Assembly: GCA_963662265.2 (NCBI GenBank)
Contig: CAXXHA010000032.1
Coordinates: forward strand, 64,001-128,000
Reading direction: 5' to 3'
Source of the DNA: Spirochaetia bacterium
Lineage (GTDB): Bacteria; Spirochaetota; Spirochaetia; CADAEX01
Length of the DNA stretch: 64,000 bases
The notes under the pieces are model-generated. The model did no database searches, had not been told where the DNA came from, and was given only the letters and a program-made list of their open reading frames with translations. Below are positions 1-20,089 of the stretch, piece by piece (position 1 is the stretch's first letter; every line of letters starts with the position of its first letter). The position numbers and the translations under genes are program-made.

Positions 1-971
1 CATTTTCAGGAACTGCTGAAGCAGGATCATCAGTGACTATATATGAAAATTCAACAGCAAGAGGAACTTTTACAGCCTCTGGCGGCACATATTCTGGAGA
101 TATAAGTCTTTCTGCAGGGAGCAATAGAAATATAAGTGCCAGAGCAACTGATATTGCAGGAAACATATCCAGCAGCTCCACTGGATTATCTGTAACAATT
201 GATACGACAGCACCTCCTATCCCTTCAGTAAGTGTTGATCCATATAATGCAGGTTCTGCAACATGGTCATGGTCAGCATCAGGAGCTACAAGATACAGAT
301 ATAAACTAAACAACACAAATCTTACTACAGGCGCAACAATTACTACTTCTGGAAGTACAACAATTTCATCAGGATTAACTGCAGGTCAGACGCATTATGT
401 ATATGTTCAGTCTGGAGACACTGCCGGTAACTGGTCCGGAACCGCTTCTGCATCGACTATCAGTTATTCATGGTCTAATACATATACTAATGGGCTTGTG
501 CTTGGTTCTCAATTACTTGGTGGTAGAACAACTGACACAATAGGTGCTGGACAGGGTGGTATTACACTAACAGCAGGATCAACTATTAAAACATTCGGGT
601 TCTACTTAACAAGTGGTTTCGGAGGAAATGCTGTAAGTCTCAGGTTAGATCTAAGAAATAGTTCTGGGACTATTATGCAGACACGAACTTTAAATCTCCC
701 AAGTTCATTCAGCGGTGGGTGGATTTACTGGACTGGTTTTAACTATTCTCCAGCAACAACTGCATCATATATATTTACAACCTTTGTCTATGGATCTTCA
801 GGCGATCCAAGTAAATATTCATCAATAAGAGCGGAAGTCAGTAGTGGCAGTAATCCTGCTGGTTTTGCTTATGATTGTACCGGAACTTCCGATACAGAAA
901 TGGGAACATGGTCTAATTGGAGCTCTAAATCAATTGATTGGGATTTCTGGTATAGAGCATATGGAGATTAA
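1..971 (+). CDS. 3' part of a large Ser/Thr/Gly-rich surface or secreted protein with bacterial Ig-like and FN3-like domains (5'-truncated by the window)
   Basis: Frame is open from base 3 (FSGTAEAGSSVTIYE). SARATDIAGN and VTIDTTAP are typical bacterial Ig-like motifs; YRYKL...HYVYVQSGDTAGNWS is a second beta-sandwich. Stop at 969-971. Confidence 0.75.
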   Translation, partial: FSGTAEAGSSVTIYENSTARGTFTASGGTYSGDISLSAGSNRNISARATDIAGNISSSSTGLSVTIDTTAPPIPSVSVDPYNAGSATWSWSASGATRYRYKLNNTNLTTGATITTSGSTTISSGLTAGQTHYVYVQSGDTAGNWSGTASASTISYSWSNTYTNGLVLGSQLLGGRTTDTIGAGQGGITLTAGSTIKTFGFYLTSGFGGNAVSLRLDLRNSSGTIMQTRTLNLPSSFSGGWIYWTGFNYSPATTASYIFTTFVYGSSGDPSKYSSIRAEVSSGSNPAGFAYDCTGTSDTEMGTWSNWSSKSIDWDFWYRAYGD

Positions 972-1066
972 TAAATTTAATTTCTATTATAAAACGCAGT
1001 TAACAATATTTATTGTATGTTTTTTTCTTTACATCAAAATTATACTATTATGATATTATTTTACTA

Positions 1067-1107
1067 ATAAAAGTCCTGATGCGTGTTTCACGCATCAGGA
1101 CTTTTAT
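1067..1107. terminator. Perfect 19-bp inverted repeat, probable bidirectional intrinsic terminator between the Ig-like gene and the convergent rrn operon
   Basis: ATAAAAGTCCTGATGCGTG-TTT-CACGCATCAGGACTTTTAT. Confidence 0.75.
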
Positions 1108-1337
1108 CTTTAGTGTCAACACCGTTCTAAAATTGCAGTTTAACAGCGGTGATGACATTTTCTTCTTATATAATATATTTTCTTAGAAATAATACACCAT
1201 TTATCAATACCTATTTTATTGCATGCTAACTCCTTGTCATAAAGAGTTCCCCTCTGTAAGTTAATGTATTACATGAAAATATTTTATAGAAATGTATTTC
1301 AGTTATATTTTTTTCAGATGTGTATTAATAAAAAAAA

Positions 1338-1447
<110 letters not shown>

Positions 1448-1711
1448 TAATTTTTTTCACTCAGGTTTTTAACATTTATCAGGATTGTTTGCAAGTAACT
1501 TTATCAAATTACCCTGAAAACTCCTTTTTCAGTTAAAAACTAAAGCAAAAAGCTTTTTATGTTTTTATCTCTGCAAGTATTAAAAGCACCACACTTACAG
1601 AAAATTGAGAATAGGTCGCTGCCTATCGGCAGTACCCTTCCTCGCTTCGGCAATGTATGTACAAGCACATCCATTGCTTATCAAGATTCGAGAATGAGTT
1701 AAATAATAATA

Positions 1712-4700
<2,989 letters not shown>

Positions 4701-4923
4701 TATTATTTTTTAACCCTTCTCTTATCAAAAACACCAGATTTATTTCTAAATCCTTATATGTGTTAATGTTTATCTATTAAAGAACATTGCTGTTTTCACA
4801 GCTATAAACATGAATCTAAAGAAAATCTTTCAGATTCATATAAAAGTAAAAACTAAAAATATCAAATATCTCCATTCTCTACTTTAAAAAAAAGCAGTTA
4901 ACTTTCGTTTTCCACTATTTTCT

Positions 4924-4997
4924 TGGAGGCACGGGGACTCGAACCCCGGACCCCCGGCTTGCAAAGCCGGTGCTCTAGCCAACTGAGCTATGCCCCC
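4924..4997 (-). tRNA. tRNA-Ala(TGC) in the 16S-23S spacer of operon 1; CCA not encoded
   Basis: GGGGGCATAGCTCAGTTGGCTAGAGCACCGGCT-TGC-AAGCCGG...GTTCGAGTCCCCGTGCCTCCA cloverleaf. Confidence 0.95.
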
Positions 4998-5188
4998 ATG
5001 ATTGCATGAACAAGCAGTAACTAAAGGTTACAACCAGCCCATACCCGGGTATTAACCCGTACCGAGGATTTCTCCTCATTATATATAAAAAAGTTTCCTG
5101 AAGCGGATCCGGATCTAATTAAAGACCCAATTTTGTAATTCAAATAAATGAACTACTGTATCCAGTACATTTGGATAATTACCTTTCT

Positions 5189-6736
<1,548 letters not shown>

Positions 6737-7014
6737 ATATTCCAACGTTCCGAAGAACGTTAGTTACAATTTTGGTCTTTTCCCAGCTTTACTCTTATCA
6801 AAAGATTAAAACTGTCAAAAATTAACTTTTTGACCCGCTTCAGGTCCCTTCTCTATTCATTATTTAAAAAGAACTACTCAGGCACCAGGCCCGAAAATCC
6901 GATCAGCCATGAATGACGTTAAGATCGGCATTCGCTTCCGCTTTAAGTTCTCACTTCAAGCTTCTGCTTTTTATTTTTTAAGCATCAAGCAACTTCCGTG
7001 CCAAATGCTCTAAT

Positions 7015-7043
7015 GTTTTATCATTTACTCTTTTCTCTGTCAA
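7015..7043 (-). promoter_or_regulatory. Candidate sigma70 promoter (proximal) of rrn operon 1
   Basis: TTGACA-17 nt-TAAAAC with TG just upstream of the -10 and an A/T-tract upstream. Confidence 0.5.
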
Positions 7044-7346
7044 CCGGTTTTGTTAAAAAGTTTTAAAACTTTTTAACCGGTATACCAGTTAAAACAAGCT
7101 TAATCACTACAATTACCAAATATTATAAGCCTCAGCAAACTTTTACCCGATACTGATAGCAATTCAGCAACAGACAAAAATAAACTGAACATAATTATTC
7201 AGCAATAAAAAAGAGTATCTATACCTATAATACAGAAACAGTTTTTTCAGTAATGATAATTTTTGGAATTAAAAGCAGCAGGCATCTGCCTGTTTCTCGA
7301 AAGGCTTTCCAATTCCCATCCCATACAACTTAACGTTGCGATTTGA

Positions 7347-7375
7347 AAAATACACTTTTATCATATTTATGTCAA
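7347..7375 (-). promoter_or_regulatory. Candidate sigma70 promoter (distal) of rrn operon 1
   Basis: TTGACA-17 nt-TATTTT with an AT-rich upstream region. Confidence 0.45.
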
Positions 7376-7447
7376 TATTTCAGATAAAAAAAACAAAAAA
7401 TAATATGCATCAGGAAAATGAAAATATTTTGTAGTTGTACGAAACAA

Positions 7448-7470
7448 TGTCCCTCCTTAAAGGAGGGACA
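7448..7470 (-). terminator. Hairpin immediately after the dctM stop, probable terminator
   Basis: TGTCCCTCC-TTAAA-GGAGGGACA. Confidence 0.6.
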
Positions 7471-7478
7471 GGAAGGAA

Positions 7479-8801
7479 TTATGAGGCATAATATAAATTA
7501 GGAAGCCAGACAGCTATATTCGGAAAGATCATAATAATTACAAGAGCAAGAAGCATAACAGCAACAAAAGGGACAACTGAACGATAGATATCACCAAGTG
7601 TTATTTCCTTTGGAGCCATAGCTTTCATCAGAAAAAGGTTATATCCGAAAGGAGGTGTTAAATACGCTATCTGACATGTTATTGTATAAAGAACACCATA
7701 CCAGATTGGATCAAATCCAAGCTTGATTACAAGAGGAACATAAAGAGGTGCAACTATAATAAGCATGGCAGTATCATCAAGAAACATACCCATTATAACA
7801 AATGACAGCTGCATCATTATAATAATTCCCCATGGGCCGAAACCATAAGAGAGGAATAATTCCTGGATAGCATGTACCGCACCAAGACCGTCAAAAATTG
7901 CACCGAAAGCAAGGGCTGAAAGAATAACCCACATGAACATACAGCTTACACTCAAAGTTTCTCTCAACACTTCCACCATTACATCCCAGCTAAGCCTCTT
8001 TTTGATAAGCGCAGCTATTGTTGTTGCTGTTGCACCTACAGCAGAACTTTCAACAAGGCTTGTAACACCCATAAAAAACAGACCAGACATAGAGAAAATT
8101 ATCAAAAGAGGCATAATAGCAGCCCTCAAAAGCAGCAGCTTTTCTTTCCATGGAACATGTCTTTCCTCAAGAGGAAGAACAGGCCCCAGCTCAGGCTGAA
8201 AAAAACATCTGATAAGAATATATAATATAAAAAGTACTGTAAGAAGAAGTCCAGGGAATACACCTGCAAGCCAGAGTCTTCCTACCGGCTGACGCGCTAT
8301 CATTCCATACAATACAAGAACTACACTTGGAGGAATAAGAATACCAAGAGAACTCCCTGCCTGAATAACTCCTGTAAGCATTTTTTTGTCATACTTTCTT
8401 TTAAGCATCTCAGGCAGAGCTATTGTACTACCGACAGCCATACCCGCAACACTGAGTCCGTTGATTGCAGAGATTATAGACATAAGCCCGATAGTTCCGA
8501 TTGCAAGTCCGCCTCTTATAGGGCCCATCCAGACATGTATCATTGCATATAAGTCATCTGCAATACCGGACTTGGCAAACATATATCCCATATATATGAA
8601 TATAGGCAGGGTGAGAAGAGGATACCAGACAAGAAGTGAAAAACTTGCCTGAAAAGCCATACCGACTCCACCTTTCCCCCATAACAAAAGAGCAAAAATA
8701 GAAGCAACCCCTCCAATAACAGCGTAAATATGTCTTCCTGTAAGAAGCATAACTATCATTGAAGAGAACATTAAAATCGCCATTAAACCATATGCACTCA
8801 T
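7479..8801 (-). CDS. dctM: TRAP transporter large permease (DctM)
   Basis: 440 aa, highly hydrophobic; GSSLGILIPPS and YLTPPFGYNLF DctM motifs. Confidence 0.92.
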   Translation of the reverse strand: MSAYGLMAILMFSSMIVMLLTGRHIYAVIGGVASIFALLLWGKGGVGMAFQASFSLLVWYPLLTLPIFIYMGYMFAKSGIADDLYAMIHVWMGPIRGGLAIGTIGLMSIISAINGLSVAGMAVGSTIALPEMLKRKYDKKMLTGVIQAGSSLGILIPPSVVLVLYGMIARQPVGRLWLAGVFPGLLLTVLFILYILIRCFFQPELGPVLPLEERHVPWKEKLLLLRAAIMPLLIIFSMSGLFFMGVTSLVESSAVGATATTIAALIKKRLSWDVMVEVLRETLSVSCMFMWVILSALAFGAIFDGLGAVHAIQELFLSYGFGPWGIIIMMQLSFVIMGMFLDDTAMLIIVAPLYVPLVIKLGFDPIWYGVLYTITCQIAYLTPPFGYNLFLMKAMAPKEITLGDIYRSVVPFVAVMLLALVIIMIFPNIAVWLPNLYYAS

Positions 8802-9334
8802 TTTCTATCCTCCGCTCTTACTACAGTAATATCTTCACCGCGGGCAACTGCAAAATCTTTGATAAGTTCTGAAATTGTCTGAAGAAACATGACAAAAATA
8901 CCAAAATTCATAATAATCTTTATTGGTATTACAGTCGGAGCCCATGCAGAATAGGACACCTGATTATATTTAACAGCATAAATAAGCCCTTTTACACCTC
9001 CGATTATAAGTACTACCATATAAATCAGAACAATAAAAAAGGTTATTACATCTGCAACAGCTTTCTTTTTAGTACTCCACCTGTGATAAAGCAAATCCAT
9101 CCTGACATGCCCGTCTAAAAGGAGTGTATAGGCACCTCCAAGCAAATAGTATGCCGCCATTACAAACTGTGCCATTTCAACAGGCCATATATGCGGTTTA
9201 TTAAAAATAGTTCTTGATAAAGCTTCATAAAGAAGAATAGCTATCATACCAAGGACCAACAACATAGCAAACTTACCAATTGCCCGGCTCATTTTATCAA
9301 TGGTTCGCACATAGGCTTTTGCAGCTTTATTCAT
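8798..9334 (-). CDS. dctQ: TRAP transporter small permease (DctQ)
   Basis: Four TM segments and GHVRMDLLY motif. Start moved to MNKAAK at 9334, which has an AGGAGGA SD. ATGA overlap with dctM. Confidence 0.9.
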   Translation of the reverse strand: MNKAAKAYVRTIDKMSRAIGKFAMLLVLGMIAILLYEALSRTIFNKPHIWPVEMAQFVMAAYYLLGGAYTLLLDGHVRMDLLYHRWSTKKKAVADVITFFIVLIYMVVLIIGGVKGLIYAVKYNQVSYSAWAPTVIPIKIIMNFGIFVMFLQTISELIKDFAVARGEDITVVRAEDRK

Positions 9335-9437
9335 TAATAATCCTCCTCTTAAACTAAACTGGGCGCATAAAGACTCCCCTTCCAAACCTGAACATCAGGC
9401 AGGAAAGGGATTATTTTTTTAAATATTTTTACAGTAA

Positions 9438-10523
9438 TTAATATCGATAAGGTGCACCTGCTTTTTTCATTGTATCTACATATTTCTTAAGTATATTTAC
9501 AACACGTGCATTTCTTTCACTCTTTGCTGCAATTTCATCCCAGTACTTATAAGCCGCTTCTTCAACAACTTTCCATTCTGAATCAGGAATAGTTGTCAGC
9601 TCAAGCTTACCACCGTTAACTCGGTATTCAGCTTCACCCCACCAGTACCAGTGAAGTCTGTAATAATGAGATTTATCAATTGCCAGTTTATAAAGCTGCT
9701 GAAGATGAGCCGGTACTTTTTCCCATGCTTCTGTATTAACAAACCATCCGCCTGACCATGCACCTGAAATAGGGTTGGTAAGGTAATATTTTGTTACATC
9801 TGCCCAACCGACTGTGTAGTCTTCAGTAATTCCTGACCATGCAACACCATCAAGCATACCTGTCTGAATTGCCATTTCAACATCTTCATAAGGCATAACT
9901 GTAGGGATTACTCCGAACTGTTCCATGAATTTTCCCCCGGTAGGGAACATATACATTCTTAAACCTTTCAGATCATTAATTGATTTGATTGGTTTAGTTG
10001 TAGCAAAGTTACATGGGTCCCAGGATCCCTGGCTAAGCCATGTCACATTGTCAATTTCCGCATATGCTTCTTCCCAGATTTCATTAAGTCCATACCAGTT
10101 CCAGAGAACATTGACATCGAGTCCGTATCTTGCTGCAAGTGGAAAATATGCACCAAAAACAGAAACATCAACAGGTGAAGCCATTGAGTCATCATCACTG
10201 ACTACCGCATCTACAGTTCCTTCCTGGAGTGCTCTGAAAAGTTCTCCATGAGGAACAAGCTGGTCAGCTGTATAAACTTCAATAACCATTTCACCGTTAG
10301 CAGCAATATTGAACTCATCAATTGCATTTTTAACAACATGCTCGTTTAACGCCGGGCCTGCATATGACTGAAGTCTCCATTTGATTGTTTCTTTTGGTTG
10401 TGCTGCTTCACTAGCTGCTGTTTCTGCTTTTTCAGCACAACTGCTCATAACAAACAGAACTGTTGTCAAAACTGCAATTAAACTTAAGGTGAATAACAAT
10501 TTTTTCAATCCCATTTTTTTCAC
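9438..10523 (-). CDS. dctP: TRAP transporter substrate-binding lipoprotein (DctP)
   Basis: Lipoprotein signal (VMSS-C); WRLQSY, DLKGLRM and AIQTGMLDG DctP-type motifs; first gene of a P-Q-M operon. Confidence 0.9.
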   Translation of the reverse strand: MKKMGLKKLLFTLSLIAVLTTVLFVMSSCAEKAETAASEAAQPKETIKWRLQSYAGPALNEHVVKNAIDEFNIAANGEMVIEVYTADQLVPHGELFRALQEGTVDAVVSDDDSMASPVDVSVFGAYFPLAARYGLDVNVLWNWYGLNEIWEEAYAEIDNVTWLSQGSWDPCNFATTKPIKSINDLKGLRMYMFPTGGKFMEQFGVIPTVMPYEDVEMAIQTGMLDGVAWSGITEDYTVGWADVTKYYLTNPISGAWSGGWFVNTEAWEKVPAHLQQLYKLAIDKSHYYRLHWYWWGEAEYRVNGGKLELTTIPDSEWKVVEEAAYKYWDEIAAKSERNARVVNILKKYVDTMKKAGAPYRY

Positions 10524-11327
10524 TGTAAAACCCCCTTTACAAGTTTCAGCAAAATTTCAGTTTTTCTAAAAAAACTGTCGTTAAATTTCTTTAACTACGG
10601 TTTAATTTATGCAGCCGTCTGCATATCCAAAATATTCAGAAGCATTTAAAAATGCGTTCTTCAATACTTTAAATATTTATGCCTGACACTGCTGTTTTTT
10701 ACTGTTGTAAAGCATACGGGAATAACTTTGGAAGCTCAAATTAGGATGTATTTTAGAAACAAGGTGTATTTTTAAGGGAAAAGCAATGATGATTCATTCA
10801 CGTTATTGAAGTTACAGTTATTTAACTTCATTCCTCAAGGTGTAAAACTTTAAGTTTCAACTGTGTAATGATATATCCAGTTTAAAATAATATTTTCATA
10901 AGTCAAGAAAAATATGTTGTTTTTCTGAACAAAATATACATAAATCATTATATCATGTTTTTTAACTACTTTTTGTTTCTACTTTTAGAAACATCAATAA
11001 CCAATAAATTACATCATTAATATTTTATCAGCATACCTTGAAAAACACAAATTCATTTTTTCCATAATACCTTCAAAGTATAATCTGCTAATATTTCAAC
11101 AAACACATGCTTACAAATCTTATTTCTATGGAATAAAACAGGTTTTTTATATTTTATCAGAAATATTGCCTCACTGGCACTTTTACACAAACTTCATTAA
11201 AAACCAGGTCCTTCTCCTGCTTAAACACTGTTTCACAGCCTGGCATAAACAACAGCAGAGATATCTATTCGTTATGCCACAATTATTTTAAGATTTATTG
11301 ATAAAATGAGATCTTCATAATCGATGT

Positions 11328-11509
11328 GGAATGACTAATTGGAATGACTAATTGGAATGACTAATTGGAATGACTAATTGGAATGACTAATTGGAATGAC
11401 TAATTGGAATGACTAATTGGAATGACTAATTGGAATGACTAATTGGAATGACTAATTGGAATGACTAATTGGAATGACTAATTGGAATGACTAATTGGAA
11501 TGACTAATT
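11328..11509. repeat. Perfect tandem array, 14 x GGAATGACTAATT (13 bp)
   Basis: Counted directly: units start at 11328 and every 13 bp up to 11497, with no spacers. Confidence 0.97.
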
Positions 11510-11530
11510 GATGTGTATTAATAAAAAAAA

Positions 11531-11640
<110 letters not shown>

Positions 11641-11904
11641 TAATTTTTTTCACTCAGGTTTTTAACATTTATCAGGATTGTTTGCAAGTAACTTTATCAA
11701 ATTACCCTGAAAACTCCTTTTTCAGTTAAAAACTAAAGCAAAAAGCTTTTTATGTTTTTATCTCTGCAAGTATTAAAAGCACCACACTTACAGAAAATTG
11801 AGAATAGGTCGCTGCCTATCGGCAGTACCCTTCCTCGCTTCGGCAATGTATGTACAAGCACATCCATTGCTTATCAAGATTCGAGAATGAGTTAAATAAT
11901 AATA

Positions 11905-14893
<2,989 letters not shown>

Positions 14894-15031
14894 TATTATT
14901 TTTTAACCCTTCTCTTATCAAAAACACCAGATTTATTTCTAAATCCTTATATGTGTTAATGTTTATCTATTAAAGAACATTGCTGTTTTCACAGCTGTAA
15001 GCCTGAACTATCATTTTCAGATAATTCATTT

Positions 15032-15105
<74 letters not shown>

Positions 15106-15346
15106 ATTTGCATCCGAGATCGTTCCCCGATGCGCAGCACCTGCGGTACGACTCGTTGGCGGGCAGCAAATCAAAGATTTGTGACCAGCCCATAAATGGA
15201 GATCAACTGTACAAACTATTGCTCAACAATCTCCCATTATATATAAAAAAGTTTCCTGAAGCGGATCCGGATCTAATTAAAGACCCAATTTTGTAATTCA
15301 AATAAATGAACTACTGTATCCAGTACATTTGGATAATTACCTTTCT

Positions 15347-16894
<1,548 letters not shown>

Positions 16895-17099
16895 ATATTC
16901 CAACGTTCCGAAGAACGTTAGTTACAATTTTGGTTTTTTCCCAGCTTTACTCTTATCAAAAGATTAAAACTGTCAAAAATTAACTTTTTGACCCGCTTCA
17001 GGTCCCTTCTCTATTCATTATTTAAAAAGATCTTATTACCGATATTTTCCGGCAATACTGAAGTGAATCAGCTCTCGCTAACCCCTTCAGGCGAGTGTT

Positions 17100-17128
17100 A
17101 ATATAGTTTTTATCCTTTATTTTGTCAA
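17100..17128 (-). promoter_or_regulatory. sigma70 promoter of rrn operon 2
   Basis: TTGACA-17 nt-TATATT with A-tract UP-like sequence upstream and a GC-rich segment downstream. Confidence 0.65.
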
Positions 17129-17223
17129 CAAGGTTTTTAACTTTTTTTTAATATAATCAGACCTTTTTTTAATATATGGAATCCACTTGAAAACAGACTC
17201 CCGCCTGCATAAAATTTTCAAAA

Positions 17224-17272
17224 AAAGAGGGTGTATATTCAGTTTAAAAAAACCGGATATACACCCTCTTTA
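17224..17272 (-). terminator. Intrinsic terminator after pgsA
   Basis: AAAGAGGGTGTATAT...ATATACACCCTCTTT inverted repeat with a T-run on the minus strand. Confidence 0.7.
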
Positions 17273-17311
17273 TGTTTAACAGATATATAACTGCTCATTT
17301 CCTTTATACAC

Positions 17312-17902
17312 TTACTGATCTGCGACCTTGAACTTATTATAGAGCATGATAAGATAATCTGTGAGAGAAATAAGCGCAGCACCTGCAGAAAGATAAAAAC
17401 ATATTTCAGCGGCTGTTCTCAATTGCGGAAGAATTCCTGCAAAGAGACCTGTTCTTTCAAATGAAACATAAAGCAATCCGGAAATTCCTCCGAATGCATA
17501 TGTCCAGGCCTTAAGCTTGCCTCCCATTCTAGCACCCATTACAAATCCCCGGCGAACAGCAAGAAGACGTATAAATATTATTCCAAGCTCTCTGTACATA
17601 ATAATCGCAAATACCCATACCGGCATCAGATCAATACCGACAAGACACAGAAAATAGGTCATACGGCTGACTACATCAGCAAAAGGATCAAAGACCTTTC
17701 CAAGGTCAGACACAGTCCCTGCTGCTCTGGCAGCCATACCATCAAAAAGATCTGACAACTCCATTACTATGAAAAGTATCCAGAATATAATAACAGATAA
17801 GACTTTAAAACTGCCGTCAGTCCAGACAGGTAGAAAAAAAACTGCAAGGAAAAACGGAGAAAGAAAAATTCTCAGTGAAGTTAAAAAATTAGCTAAATTC
17901 AT
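17312..17902 (-). CDS. pgsA: CDP-diacylglycerol--glycerol-3-phosphate 3-phosphatidyltransferase
   Basis: NLANFLTSLR start; DLFDGMAAR...GKVFDPFAD CDP-alcohol phosphatidyltransferase motif; GGKLKA. Confidence 0.9.
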   Translation of the reverse strand: MNLANFLTSLRIFLSPFFLAVFFLPVWTDGSFKVLSVIIFWILFIVMELSDLFDGMAARAAGTVSDLGKVFDPFADVVSRMTYFLCLVGIDLMPVWVFAIIMYRELGIIFIRLLAVRRGFVMGARMGGKLKAWTYAFGGISGLLYVSFERTGLFAGILPQLRTAAEICFYLSAGAALISLTDYLIMLYNKFKVADQ

Positions 17903-18406
17903 AATATAAAAATGTAAAATGTTATAACGGTTATGTCAATCATCATAAGACAATTGTAAGTCAACAATGATTTTTTATATCAAATCTACAATTAATAACT
18001 CATTACAGAAGCAGAAAAACATAAATATAAAAACCCGAACAGTAAAAGAGGACAAAACACATGATCATGTACTGCCGGGAGAATCTGTTTCAAAAACAAT
18101 AACAGCAGAGCCTTTTCATACCGGCAGAGAAAATCTTAAATATAAAGAACATTTACAAGCTTAAAAAAACTGCCTTTAATCCCATCAGAAAAAAAGGCAG
18201 CTGATCTACACCCCCTCCCAAAACTGTTCCGATGAGTAAAGTTCCATATAAGCAACGGGGTTGCAGATCTGTAAGGAATGGATTGTATGCCGGATCTAAA
18301 ATTTTAGAAATATATACAATCCAGTACCTCCCTGATATTCTAAAATTACACCGCAAGAAGCGTAGTATAAAACCCGGCCTGAGAATAAAAGAACGGTTAA
18401 AACGTA

Positions 18407-19918
18407 TCAGAAATCATAGACCTGCTGATACTTGCTGTTAAGATATCGTATAAAATATTCTGAATCAAGAGGTTTTCCAGTTACCTTATTCACAAGTTCT
18501 CCGGGTGTATAAAGGCTTCCATGCTGATGAATATTTTCCCTGAGCCAGTTCAGAATCAAAGAAAGCTCCCCTTTTTCCACAAAGGGATCTGTACAGCCCT
18601 TATCCTGTTCCAGCTTGTCAAAAAACTGGGCGCAGTAAAGATTGCCGAGAAGATATGTCGGAAAATAACCTATAGCCCCCATTGACCAGTGAACATCCTG
18701 AAGCACGCCATTTCTATTTGAATCGGGAATTATTCCAAGAAGATCAGAACTCAGACTGTTCCAGACATCAGGAAGATCTTCAACCTTTATATTTCCTTCT
18801 ACAAGTTCTTTTTCAATCCTGAACCGGAGAATTACATGCAGGTTGTAGGTCACTTCATCCGCCTCAACCCGGATAAAAGATGGCTCCACCCGGTTTACCG
18901 CCTTAAATAGCATCATATAATCAACATCACCAAGATTATCTGAAAAAATATTCTTAAGCTGAGGTGTAAAATATTTCCAGAAAGCCAGACTTCTCCCAAT
19001 GAAATTTTCCCACATACGTGACTGTGATTCATGAATCCCAAGAGATGTTCCTTCACCCAGGCATGTGTCTTTAAGCTTCCCAGAAATACCCTGCTCATAA
19101 AGCGCATGCCCTGCTTCGTGAATAATACTGTAAAGACCGGAAGGATAATAATTCTCATCATACCTTGTTGTTATCCTTACATCATCAAAACCCAGCTTGG
19201 TTGTAAAAGGATGGGCAGATATATCAAGCCTTCCCCGGGACATGTCATATCCCATCGGAGGAAGAAGAAGCTTCCCGGCCTTTTCCTGAAGATGTGATGG
19301 ATAATGCTTTCTGAGGAAACTGTCATCTATCTGGGAGGATGATTTTATTTTTTCAAGAAGCTTTCTGACCTCAGTCTCAAGAGGTGTGAAAACCGAATCA
19401 ACTTCAGAGGCAGTCATCCCTTTTTCATATTCATCAAGAAGTGCATCATAAGGGCTCTTTTCATATCCGAAGCGTTTTGCTTTTTCAAGAACAAGAGAGA
19501 GAAGTTTTTCAAACTGCTGAGAAAAGAGTTTGAAATCATCTTTTTTTCTGGCTTCAACCCAGACAGACTGTGTAATACTGGCCTGTCGTGAAAGCTCCAT
19601 GACAAGATCGGCAGAAAGAGCTGTCTGTTTTCTGTAATTATCAAAAAATTTCCTGACATAACCTCTGCCAGTTTCATCAAGAGCGGAAAGATCAAGATCT
19701 TCGAAGCTCTCTGCTCCGGCAAATACAGATTTCACAACATCTGAAGTCAGTCTTTCATGAATCAGACCGCTTAAAAGAGAAAGCTGCCTGCTTCTTTCTT
19801 CTATTGAACCGGACGGGATATATGTTTCCTGATCCCAGCTCAAAAGCGAGGATGTATGTGCAAGCAGATTGATCTCAGAGTCAATTTTTTTGAGTTTTTT
19901 AATATCTTTTTCTGTCAT
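18407..19918 (-). CDS. Carboxypeptidase, M32 (Taq) family
   Basis: 503 aa; HPF, DVRITTRY, HEAGH (HEXXH), HESQSR, IRVEADE and GYFPTYLLG M32 motifs. Confidence 0.93.
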   Translation of the reverse strand: MTEKDIKKLKKIDSEINLLAHTSSLLSWDQETYIPSGSIEERSRQLSLLSGLIHERLTSDVVKSVFAGAESFEDLDLSALDETGRGYVRKFFDNYRKQTALSADLVMELSRQASITQSVWVEARKKDDFKLFSQQFEKLLSLVLEKAKRFGYEKSPYDALLDEYEKGMTASEVDSVFTPLETEVRKLLEKIKSSSQIDDSFLRKHYPSHLQEKAGKLLLPPMGYDMSRGRLDISAHPFTTKLGFDDVRITTRYDENYYPSGLYSIIHEAGHALYEQGISGKLKDTCLGEGTSLGIHESQSRMWENFIGRSLAFWKYFTPQLKNIFSDNLGDVDYMMLFKAVNRVEPSFIRVEADEVTYNLHVILRFRIEKELVEGNIKVEDLPDVWNSLSSDLLGIIPDSNRNGVLQDVHWSMGAIGYFPTYLLGNLYCAQFFDKLEQDKGCTDPFVEKGELSLILNWLRENIHQHGSLYTPGELVNKVTGKPLDSEYFIRYLNSKYQQVYDF

Positions 19919-20089
19919 AGGTTTTATTATAACCTGAATAATCCGGAATTCATATTCTGATTTACAGGTTTTATTTCAGCGCCGCATGTACCAGAAAACA
20001 AAAACAGGCTGTAGCATCCCTCTTTTTCAGAATACTGCAGCCTTGAATATAATTAAATAAATTCTTTTATTGAAATATTTTCAGGTTTA

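Noticed and set aside
10524-11320. Riboswitch in the long region upstream of dctP
   Set aside because: Only scattered AT-rich inverted repeats; no aptamer consensus recognised.
11328-11509. 13-bp array as a CRISPR array, replication iterons or coding repeat
   Set aside because: No spacers, no rep or dnaA gene nearby, the period is not a multiple of 3, and stop codons recur.
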